NCBI GenBank assembly: GCA_046331705.1
Contig: JAXLQJ010000011.1
Location: forward strand, 1 to 64,000
Reading direction: 5' to 3'
Length of the DNA: 64,000 bases
Source: a bacterium
GTDB lineage: Bacteria; JADJOY01
Positions 50,294 through 59,004 of this stretch are shown one piece after another. Made by a program: the position numbers and the translations under genes. The notes under the pieces were generated by a model that was not told the origin of the DNA, ran no database searches, and was given only the letters and a program-made list of their open reading frames with translations. Each line of letters begins with the position of its first letter. The first letter of the stretch is position 1.

Positions 50294-52384
50294 ATGCTCG
50301 AGGCGGACCTGAGAGTCCCGCGTGACCACGCACGGCGCGGGTGGTGGCCGGCGGCGCTCGTATTCGCCGCTGCGCTCGCGTGTGCGACGAGCTCGGCCAG
50401 TGCCGTCGAAGGCGTCACGGCGGGCCAGCCCGATGAGCCAGCGGTTACCGCCGGCGGATCCCCCACACGTACGCCGGCAGAGCCGACAGGCCGAGTCGAC
50501 GCCGTCACCTTGAGCCAAGAGTCCAAGCGAGCGGTGCTGACGGTGCGGGGTGCGGGAGCGCTCACGGGGGAGCTGTTCGATCTCGGTGAAGGAACGGTGG
50601 CACTGAATTTCGTCAATGTGTCGCTCGCTCACGACGTCGAAGGACGGACCGATCCCACCACGGCTGGCCCGATCCGCCATCTCGATGTCTTCCGGTCTCT
50701 GGCCGATGACGGACGGGACGTTCGCGTGGTCGTGGACGTCGCCGCGGGGGCGGTCGCCCACCTCGAGACGCGCGAGGGCGAAGCGACGCTGATCGTCGAG
50801 GGTCCGCAGTCTGCGACGCCGGAAGTCGTGGCGCAGGCCGCGCCGCCGCAGACCCCTGCACCAGCGGTGCAGGAGCCGCGAGAGCCGAGTCCGGCAGTCG
50901 CCGAGGTTCGGGCACCGGCGCAGGCACCGGCGGCGAGCCCGAAAGCTCGAAGCGCGCGCGGATCGGCCGCGGTCCTGAGCGACATCGAAGGAACGGTCGC
51001 CAAGCCGGCGGCGGAGACAGGCGCTACGCCCGTCGTTTCCAACGAGAGCCTGACGGGATTCTTCCAGCCGCCGAGCAAGTACGTCGGAGAGCGAATCTCC
51101 ATCGACGTCCAGGAGGCCGAGATTCAGAACGTTCTCCGCCTGATCTCGGAGATCTCCGGTCTCAACCTGATCATCTCGGATCAGGTCACCGGCCGAATCA
51201 CCATCAAGCTGAAGGACATTCCCTGGGACCAGGTGCTCGATCTGGTGTTGAAGACCAAGAACCTCGGCAAGGAGCGCGAGGGCAACATCGTCCGGATCGC
51301 GCCGCTCGAGGTTCTCGAGAAGGAGCAGGAGGCGCGCCTGCGCACGCAGGAGCGTTCCAGCAAGCTGGAAGCGGTCATCCTGAAGATCATCCCGGTGAAC
51401 TTCGCGAGCGCCAAGGACCTGCTCGCGAAGCTTCAGCAGGTGGCGAGCAAGCGGGATGATGCCTCGATCGACGTCGATGAGCGCACCAACTCGTTGATCA
51501 TCAAGGACACGGACCGAGTCGTCGACGTGATGACCGACCTCGTCCACAGTCTCGATACGCCGACGCCGCAGGTGCTCATCGAGGCGCGCATCGTCGAGGC
51601 CACGCTCAACTTCTCGCGCAATCTGGGTATCCAGTGGGGCACGGGTTACGTCGCGAGCCCGGAGACGGGAAATCCGACCGGCTTGCGCTTCCCGAACACG
51701 GTGACGGTGGGCGGCTTTCCGACCGGCAAGGGACAGACCGGCGGTGTGCAGCAGGGCCTGACCTCCTTGATCTCGGGCCCGAGCGGCAATCCGCTCATCG
51801 TGAACCTCCCCGCGCCGGTCTCGACGGACTCCGGTGGTGTTCTCGGTCTCAGTCTTCAGAGCATCGACGACACGTTCACCCTCGACCTCATCATCTCGGC
51901 GCTCGAGGACAGCGGCCATGGCCGTCTGATCTCGAGCCCGCGCGTGATCACGATCGACAACAAGGAAGCGAAGATCGAGCAGGGCTTCGACATCCCGTTC
52001 CGTACGGTCTCCGAGGAAGGCGCGCAGGTGCAGTTCCAAGAGGCGAAGCTCCAGCTGGCGGTGACACCACACATCACGCCAGACGAGAGCATCGTGATGA
52101 AGATCAAGGTGAACAACGACACGCCGGACTTCTCGCAGACGGTCGAGGGAAATCCGCTGGTCGCGCGCAAATCGGCGGAGACCGAGGTGCTGATCCGCAA
52201 CGGCCAGACGGCCGTGATCGGCGGCATCTTCCAGATCGACTCCGACGTCAACCGGTCCGGTGTGCCTTGGTTCCACGACATCCCGGTGTTGGGTCTGTTC
52301 TTCCGCAAGGATTCGGAACGCGAGCAGAAGAACGAGCTGATCGTGTTCATCACCCCAACGATCATCAAGCGCGCCGAGGGCTGA
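50294..52384 (+). CDS. pilQ: Secretin PilQ
   Basis: AMIN-like N-terminus, Y.GERISID, IPWDQVLD, DERTNSLI, QVLIEARIVE, SSPRV.T.DN..A.I.QG, ELIVFITP. Confidence 0.96.
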   Translation: MLEADLRVPRDHARRGWWPAALVFAAALACATSSASAVEGVTAGQPDEPAVTAGGSPTRTPAEPTGRVDAVTLSQESKRAVLTVRGAGALTGELFDLGEGTVALNFVNVSLAHDVEGRTDPTTAGPIRHLDVFRSLADDGRDVRVVVDVAAGAVAHLETREGEATLIVEGPQSATPEVVAQAAPPQTPAPAVQEPREPSPAVAEVRAPAQAPAASPKARSARGSAAVLSDIEGTVAKPAAETGATPVVSNESLTGFFQPPSKYVGERISIDVQEAEIQNVLRLISEISGLNLIISDQVTGRITIKLKDIPWDQVLDLVLKTKNLGKEREGNIVRIAPLEVLEKEQEARLRTQERSSKLEAVILKIIPVNFASAKDLLAKLQQVASKRDDASIDVDERTNSLIIKDTDRVVDVMTDLVHSLDTPTPQVLIEARIVEATLNFSRNLGIQWGTGYVASPETGNPTGLRFPNTVTVGGFPTGKGQTGGVQQGLTSLISGPSGNPLIVNLPAPVSTDSGGVLGLSLQSIDDTFTLDLIISALEDSGHGRLISSPRVITIDNKEAKIEQGFDIPFRTVSEEGAQVQFQEAKLQLAVTPHITPDESIVMKIKVNNDTPDFSQTVEGNPLVARKSAETEVLIRNGQTAVIGGIFQIDSDVNRSGVPWFHDIPVLGLFFRKDSEREQKNELIVFITPTIIKRAEG

Positions 52385-52456
52385 GAGCCGATCCGAGCGG
52401 AGGGAGTGCGAACGCACCAGCGAGGATCACCGCTCACCCATGACCGTCATGAGCCG

Positions 52457-53575
52457 ATGCCGGACGCCGATCGCCGATCCAGGGCCGCGCGCACGACAGT
52501 GCGTGTGCGGATCGATCGCGCCACGCGCTACGACGTCGTGCTCTGCGATTCCGGACTGGACGGGCTCGTTCCGATCCTCGACCGGGTCGCACCCGGCGGT
52601 CGCGCGGTGCTGTTCACGGATTCGCGCGTCATGGGCATCCATGGGGTGGGCCTCCACTCCGCGATACGGCGCTCGGGGCGCGAGGTATTCGTGCACACGG
52701 TCCCAGCGGGCGAGCGCTCCAAGTCGTTCCGTGAGGTCACGCGTGCGTGGAACGCCCTGGTGCGAGAAGGTGTGGATCGCAAGACGCCCCTCATCGCGCT
52801 CGGAGGGGGAGTCGTCGGGGATCTCGGTGGGTTCGTCGCAGCAACGTATTTGCGAGGCATCCCGTTGATTCAGGTTCCAACCACGTTGCTCGCGCTGGTC
52901 GACTCCTCCGTCGGAGGAAAGACCGGCGTCGACCATCCCTTGGGGAAGAACTTGGTCGGGGCGTTCTATCAGCCCCGAGCGGTGTTCTCGAGCATGGAGG
53001 TGCTTCGCACGTTGCCGGCGCGCGAGTACACCGCAGGGTTGGCCGAAGTGGTGAAATCGGCCGTGCTCGGCGACTCGGCTCTCTTCGAGACGCTCGAGGA
53101 TTCGGTCGAGGCGATTCAGGCGCGAGAGCCGGCAGTGCTGCGACGGGTGATCTCCGGCTCGGTACGTGTGAAGGCGCGCGTGGTGGAGAAGGATCCCAAG
53201 GAAAGGGGCGTCCGTGCCAGCCTGAACCTGGGCCACACGTTGGCGCACGCGATCGAGCAGATCGACGGCTACCGGGGCTTGCGCCACGGGGAGGCGGTGG
53301 CGGTGGGGCTCGCTGCAGCGTCGCGCTTCGCCCAGGCGCGGGGCTGGCTGACAGAGCGAGCGACGATGAGAATCTGTGCGCTGCTCGACGCCCTGGGATT
53401 GCCAACGCGTCGGGCGGGCCTCGACGTGCGGGACGTTGCGCGCGCGATGGGGCGAGACAAGAAGGCGGAGGCGGCACGGGTGCGTTTCGTGGCGCCGCTC
53501 GCGATCGGACGAACGGGTTTTCGATGGATTCCCGTCGACGAGCTCGCACAGGAGCTCGTCACGGCGGCGACATGA
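52457..53575 (+). CDS. aroB: 3-dehydroquinate synthase
   Basis: GE..KS, GGGVVGDLGGF, PTTLLA.VDSSVGGKTG, LNLGHT.AHAIE, HGEAVA.G, DKK. Confidence 0.95.
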   Translation: MPDADRRSRAARTTVRVRIDRATRYDVVLCDSGLDGLVPILDRVAPGGRAVLFTDSRVMGIHGVGLHSAIRRSGREVFVHTVPAGERSKSFREVTRAWNALVREGVDRKTPLIALGGGVVGDLGGFVAATYLRGIPLIQVPTTLLALVDSSVGGKTGVDHPLGKNLVGAFYQPRAVFSSMEVLRTLPAREYTAGLAEVVKSAVLGDSALFETLEDSVEAIQAREPAVLRRVISGSVRVKARVVEKDPKERGVRASLNLGHTLAHAIEQIDGYRGLRHGEAVAVGLAAASRFAQARGWLTERATMRICALLDALGLPTRRAGLDVRDVARAMGRDKKAEAARVRFVAPLAIGRTGFRWIPVDELAQELVTAAT

Positions 53576-53624
53576 GACTACTCGTGACGAGGGTGTCGGG
53601 CCTGAGACTCGATTGGAGGAAGCG

Positions 53625-54230
53625 ATGAACCGACGTGGATGTCGTGCGTTCCTTGCCACCGCTGCCGCGGGTGCGCTCTCGATAGCGCTCGGCTGTGGGG
53701 AAGTGAGCGAGAACGACTTCGGCCAGACTTTGAGCTTCGATGGGTTCTTCACCGACGAGACGTGCGGTACCGGGGTCGTCGAGCTTTTCGCGTTCACGAG
53801 CCTGCCGCCCGCCGACGCGGCCAGCTCGAACTGCTACATCGGGAGTCCCTGCATCGCTGCGCTGCAGGTGACGAATCACACCACCGGCGTCCCGATTCCG
53901 TCGAATGGTGGCCAAGGTGCAAGCGGAAACCCCGTGCCCTCGACGGAAGGGGTCCGGATCCTGCCCAAGAACATCCACATCGAGTACGCGCTGCCGGTGG
54001 GTCAGATCCCGTCTCGCGACATCGTGATGGCAGGCTTGATCGATCCGCTGGGGTCGGAGTGCCGCGAGTTCGAGATCCTTCGATCGACGGATACCTTCGC
54101 GATGGTGCAGGATCCGCTCTCGTATCCGGCGCTGCCGTTCACCGTCCGCGCCCGCGTGACGTACGAAGGCATCACCGGGGGCGGTCAGGACATTCGAACC
54201 TCCGGCGACATGGACATCGTGATCTTCTGA
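53625..54230 (+). CDS. Hypothetical lipoprotein
   Basis: GGAGG RBS, basic N-terminus, lipobox IALGC, beta-rich mature part. Confidence 0.75.
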   Translation: MNRRGCRAFLATAAAGALSIALGCGEVSENDFGQTLSFDGFFTDETCGTGVVELFAFTSLPPADAASSNCYIGSPCIAALQVTNHTTGVPIPSNGGQGASGNPVPSTEGVRILPKNIHIEYALPVGQIPSRDIVMAGLIDPLGSECREFEILRSTDTFAMVQDPLSYPALPFTVRARVTYEGITGGGQDIRTSGDMDIVIF

Positions 54231-54324
54231 ACGTCCGTGAGTTGGACTTTCGCACCGATTTGAACATCGCTGCACGGCAACACTGAAAAGACCATATCCG
54301 GATCTCCCGCAGGAGGAACCGCGA

Positions 54325-55780
54325 ATGAAGGCCTTGGTGAGCATTCCTACGAAGCGCCGCTGGTGGATGGCGGTCGTCCTGCTGGCTGCCGCCGCGTGTC
54401 AGGGTGGCGTGGACACCGACCGCGGCCGGACTCCGGACGAGCCCCCGCCGCCTCCGGAAGTGCCCGTCGGCGCGGCATCGATTCGTACGGATCAGGACGT
54501 CATTCCCGCTGACGGCATCCTCGTGATGACCGACGCTCGTGGGATCGCGCGAGTCGGCGCGCCGATGACGTTCTTCGCCGATCTGCCCGACGTGACCTGG
54601 GTGACCGCGACCGCGGACGACACCGGTACGATCGACGCCTTCCCGACACAGTGCTTGGCCTTCACGGGATTGGACGGCGAGGCCGAGTGCGTGTTGCGTT
54701 CCGGCTTCACTCCCGGAAAGAGCTTCGTCAACGTCGCCGGTCCCGCAGAGCTTGGGCTCGGCGCCGCGACGGAAGTGGAGTTCACGTTCGCGGAGGCTGC
54801 GGCCGGGGTGACGATCGAAGAGGTGAGCTGCCCCGCGACGATCAGTTCCGGTGACCTGCCGACCCAGGCACAGATCGTCGTTCGTGCGACCAAGCCGGGC
54901 CCCGGAGGCACGACCATCGCCGCCGAAGACATTCGCGTTTACTACACGGCGACGGCGGGCAAGTGGGACAAGACCAACGGCAATCGCACCAGTGACGTGA
55001 CGGACAACACGGGTGTAAGCGATCAGTTCCTGAACCTCTCGCCGGAGGACGACGGCGAGGACGTCAACGTGATCGTGACGGCTGCGGGTGCGCTGCCGCA
55101 GTTCTGCTCGAGCCCGATCGCCGTCGGCTCGTTTGCGGAGGACACGGTCTTCGAGATCGCGATCCAGCCGATCACGATCTTCCCCGACGGGACCGAACAG
55201 AAGTTCACGATTTCGGTGCGGCTCGCCGACAAGGTGGACGGGCAGGAAGTGGCCCCGAAGATCGACCATCGCATCACCTTCGCAACCCCAGCAGGCGTGA
55301 TCGAGCCGAGCAAGCTGGTGATTCGCGGCGGCCGTACGGGCACAGGCACGGCCGTCTTGACGCTGCCTGGCAGCGTGACGGGCGCGCTGCTGCCGGATGC
55401 CGTGTTGACGGTGCTCGCGGTGGACGAGGTCAGTCGCAAGCAGACCACGTTCGATCTCACCGTCACGCCTGAGGACCTGACGATCGAGGTGGTACCGCTC
55501 GACATCGAGTTCACGGGACCGGGGCCGGTGAATGTGTTCGTGGACAACATCCAGGCGCGGGTGACCACGGCGCTCGGGTCGGTGGCTGGACGCAGCGTCA
55601 CGTTCAACTTCGGCGATGGCAGCGTGAACAAGACGTATCTGGGCGACGGGCACGGCGACCGTGACGCATACCTACGTCAACGTCGTGGACGGGACGTCGT
55701 ACGAGATCACGGCAACCGATCTGACCAGCAACCAGTCGGCGCAGGGCGACATCACCTTCGCCGAGGCGGCGGGGCCCTGA
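54325..55780 (+). CDS. Lipoprotein with Ig-like repeats and C-terminal PKD-like domain; apparent frameshift near 55642 (as sequenced the ORF ends at 55809)
   Basis: GGAGG RBS, lipobox AAAC, Thr/Val-rich strands (TD..G); FNFGDGS continues as TGTATVTHTY..G.SYEITAT only in the +1 frame. Confidence 0.72.
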
Positions 55781-55808
55781 GGTCTCGGCGGCGTGTATCC
55801 TGGAGCTG

Positions 55809-55842
55809 AGCCGCGGGCCGCACGAAACGGCGGCCCGCGGCT
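55809..55842 (+). terminator. 13-bp perfect GC-rich hairpin after the lipoprotein pair
   Basis: AGCCGCGGGCCGC-N8-GCGGCCCGCGGCT; no U-tract. Confidence 0.5.
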
Positions 55843-55952
55843 GAACAAGCTACTGAATTCACGCGGTGCGGGCGGGCGGTTTGCCCCGCCGCCTCGATCC
55901 GCATGCACGCGGTCGTGGTCGCGCACCGATAGCGAGGGGATGTCACGTGGGC

Positions 55953-56462
55953 ATGTGGGCACGTCTCAGGGCATGGTTCACCGGAGTCTTCCGGCGGCGC
56001 TCGGGCAAGACCGGAGATGCGTCGGGTGCCTCCGCGAGGCGGCCCGTCGCGGCGGCGGCCCGCCCCGTTCCAGACTCCGAAGCGTTCGTGAAGCTGGCGG
56101 AGCGGTATCTCGGTATGCAGATGGCCGATACGGCGCTTCATGTGTGCCAGCGAGGCCTGGAGGCACATCCGGAGCACCTCGCGGGTTTGGCGCTGCTGGC
56201 GCGCATCTACGTGGCGAAGGGTCAGCGGTCCGAGGCGCAGCAGCTGATCGAGCGCCTGCTCGCCACGCATGGGGACGCCGCGGAGCTCGCGGGCCTGCGG
56301 GGGCTGCTGACCAGCGCTGCGTCCCCCTCCAACGCCGGTGAGGCCGTGCGCGCCGCGCCCGCTCGACCCGCGATGCAAGACGCGACGCGGCGCGAGCTCC
56401 AGGCGCTCGAGGGCTACTTGTCGAGGATCCGACGCGAGCTGTCCCGTGTGGGTCCTGGTTGA
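55953..56462 (+). CDS. Small TPR-containing protein
   Basis: FVKLAE.Y...A...C..GL..HP.....LA.IY...G...EA helical TPR pattern. Confidence 0.7.
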   Translation: MWARLRAWFTGVFRRRSGKTGDASGASARRPVAAAARPVPDSEAFVKLAERYLGMQMADTALHVCQRGLEAHPEHLAGLALLARIYVAKGQRSEAQQLIERLLATHGDAAELAGLRGLLTSAASPSNAGEAVRAAPARPAMQDATRRELQALEGYLSRIRRELSRVGPG

Positions 56463-56531
56463 GCTCGCGCTGGACGAGCTCTTATCTTGGCCACCCGCGG
56501 GTGGCCTGCATTCGCTGACGCAGAGGGTGAG

Positions 56532-57110
56532 ATGATTTCGACGGCTGAATTCCGCAAGGGACTCAAGATCGAGATGAACGGCGAGCCGTACATCATCGTG
56601 GACTTCCAGCACGTGAAGCCGGGCAAGGGTGGTGCGTTCGTCCGCACGAAGCTCAAGAGCCTGATCACGAGCAAGGTTCTCGATCAGACGTTCCGATCCG
56701 GCGACAAGGTGGACGTGCCGGATGTCGAACAGCACGAGATGCAGATTCTCTTCCGGGTGGGCGACGACATCACGTTGATGGACACGACGTCGTACGAGCA
56801 GCACACGTACACTGCCGACGAGCTCGGCGGGGACATCCAGTGGACGAAGGAAGGCATCACCATCGGCGTCCAGGTGTACAAGGGTCGCCCGATTGGCCTG
56901 GAGCTTCCGATCTTCGTGGAGCTGGCCATCGTGAAGACCGATCCTGGAATCCGCGGCGACACGGCGACGGGCGGCACGAAGCCCGCGACGCTGGAGTCGG
57001 GCGCGACGATCCAGGTTCCGCTCTTCCTCAACGAAGGCGATACGGTGAAGGTGGACACGCGCACGGGTGAGTACGTGGAGCGTCTCTCGAGCGCTCGAGG
57101 CAGATCGTGA
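56532..57110 (+). CDS. efp: Elongation factor P
   Basis: HVKPGKGGAFVRTKLK, PGIRGDTATGGTKPATLE, VDTRTGEYVER. Confidence 0.97.
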   Translation: MISTAEFRKGLKIEMNGEPYIIVDFQHVKPGKGGAFVRTKLKSLITSKVLDQTFRSGDKVDVPDVEQHEMQILFRVGDDITLMDTTSYEQHTYTADELGGDIQWTKEGITIGVQVYKGRPIGLELPIFVELAIVKTDPGIRGDTATGGTKPATLESGATIQVPLFLNEGDTVKVDTRTGEYVERLSSARGRS

Positions 57111-57574
57111 CCGACCGCGACATCGTCGAGCTGATCCGATTTCTCGTGCAGACGGACGTCCGCGAGCTTCGACTGGAGCGCAACGGCGAGCGCCTCGAGA
57201 TCCTCCGAGCGTTGCCCGGCGGCGCGCCCGAGCCGGTCGTGACCCAGGGCGCCGCGTATCGAGCGCCGGACGTCCAGCCTGCGCTCGCGCAGGACCTCGG
57301 GCCGCGCGAGGTGGCCGGGGCCGACGACCAGCTCCGCGCGATCTCGTCGCCGTTGGTGGGTACGTTCTTCCGCTGCCCGGCGCCGGGGAAGCCGGCGTTC
57401 GTGGAGGTCGGATCGGTCGTCGACGCAGGTGCGACGCTCTGCATCGTCGAGTCGATGAAGGTGATGAACGAGATCGAGAGCGACGTGAAGGGGCGCGTCG
57501 CGCGGATCCTGGTCGAGGACGGCCAGCCGGTCGAGTATGGCCAGCACCTGTTCCTGATCGAGCCCATCCTCTGA
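57107..57574 (+). CDS. accB: Biotin carboxyl carrier protein
   Basis: SPLVGTFFR.P.P, LCIVESMKVMNEIE, QPVEYGQ.LF. Confidence 0.92.
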   Translation: MTDRDIVELIRFLVQTDVRELRLERNGERLEILRALPGGAPEPVVTQGAAYRAPDVQPALAQDLGPREVAGADDQLRAISSPLVGTFFRCPAPGKPAFVEVGSVVDAGATLCIVESMKVMNEIESDVKGRVARILVEDGQPVEYGQHLFLIEPIL

Positions 57575-57622
57575 GTCCGTGTACGAGCCTGCGATCGGCC
57601 ACGGCGCGCCGCGATTCCGTCG

Positions 57623-58966
57623 ATGATCCGCAAGGTCTTGATCGCAACGCGTGGGGAGATCGCCCTGCGCATCATCCGCACCTGCCGGGAGATGGGGATC
57701 CGGACGGTCGCGGTGTGTTCCACAGCGGATCGCGATGCGCTGCACGTCCGTCTGGCTGACGAGAGCGTCTGCATCGGCCCGCCGCCGATCGCCGAGAGCT
57801 ACCTCAACGTGCCGCGCTTGCTCGGAGCCGCGGAGACCAGCGGCGCCGACGCGATCCATCCGGGCTACGGCCTGCTCTCGGAGAGCGCCGCATTCGCCGA
57901 GGTGTGCGGGAAGTGCGGCGTCACGTTCATCGGCCCGACGCTGCGCAATCTTCGCCTGATGGGCAACAAGGGAAAGGCGCGCGAGGTCGTGAGCCGCGCG
58001 GGCATCCCGGTCTTGCCGGGCGTGCCGCGAAAGATCTCGGACGCGCGCGAGGCGCTGCGCGCGGCGCAGCGCGTGGGGTTTCCGGTCCTCATCAAGGCGG
58101 CGTCCGGTGCGGGCGGCCGCGGCCTGAAGATCGTTCAGGACCCCGCGGGGTTCGTACAGGCCTACGACATGGCGAAGGCCGACGTGCGGGCCGCGTTCGG
58201 GGACGAGCACCTGATCGTCGAGCGCTACTGTGTCGGTGCGCGGCACGTCGAGTTCCAGATCCTCGCGGACGCGGAAGGGCGCGCGATCCACCTGGGAGAG
58301 CGTGAGTGCTCGATCCAGCGGCGCTTCGAGAAAGTCCTCGAGGAGTCCCCGTGCGGCGCCATCACGCCGGCGCTGCGGGCAGAGATGGGCGAGGCCGCGA
58401 TCCAGGCGGCCGCTGCCGTCAACTACCGCAACGTCGGCACGGTCGAGTTCTTGCTCGACGGCAAGGGGCACTATTTCTTCATCGAGATGAGCGCGCGCAT
58501 CCAGGTGGAGCACCCGGTGACCGAGATGGTCACGGGCGTCGACGTCGTGAAGGAGCAGATCCGCCTGGCGGATGGGTTGCCGCTCGACCTACACCAAGAG
58601 GATCTGCGCATGCGCGGGCACGCGATCGAGGCGCGAATCTACGGCGAGGACCCGGTGACCTTCGAGAGGTCGTATGGTACAGTCGCGCGGTATCACCCGC
58701 CTGGAGGGAGCGGCGTTCGCGTCGAGAGTGCGCTACAGGTAGGCGACACGGTTTCCACGCATTCCGACCCGCTGCTCGCGAAAGTGATCGTCCACGCCGA
58801 GTCTCGTCCAGCCGCGATCGCCAAGATGCGGGTCGCGCTGCGCGAGATGGTGCTCGACGGCCTCCCGACCAATCTCGACCTTCATCGGCGGATCTTCGCC
58901 GACGCGGACTTCGTCGACGGTCGAGTGACGAGCGGGTTTCTGGCGCGATTCGCGGCGAGCTCCTGA
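57623..58966 (+). CDS. accC: Biotin carboxylase (divergent)
   Basis: KVLIATRGEIALRI, AIHPGYG, RHVEFQ, ERECSIQRR, GTVEFL, RIQVEHPVTE, GHAIEARI. Confidence 0.9.
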   Translation: MIRKVLIATRGEIALRIIRTCREMGIRTVAVCSTADRDALHVRLADESVCIGPPPIAESYLNVPRLLGAAETSGADAIHPGYGLLSESAAFAEVCGKCGVTFIGPTLRNLRLMGNKGKAREVVSRAGIPVLPGVPRKISDAREALRAAQRVGFPVLIKAASGAGGRGLKIVQDPAGFVQAYDMAKADVRAAFGDEHLIVERYCVGARHVEFQILADAEGRAIHLGERECSIQRRFEKVLEESPCGAITPALRAEMGEAAIQAAAAVNYRNVGTVEFLLDGKGHYFFIEMSARIQVEHPVTEMVTGVDVVKEQIRLADGLPLDLHQEDLRMRGHAIEARIYGEDPVTFERSYGTVARYHPPGGSGVRVESALQVGDTVSTHSDPLLAKVIVHAESRPAAIAKMRVALREMVLDGLPTNLDLHRRIFADADFVDGRVTSGFLARFAASS

Positions 58967-59004
58967 GCCGCGGCGAACACGCGTACGGGGAAGGGGACGT
59001 CGGT

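Noticed and set aside
58306-59004. N-terminal extension of the 831-aa TPR ORF
   Set aside because: Overlaps accC out of frame; low-complexity translation
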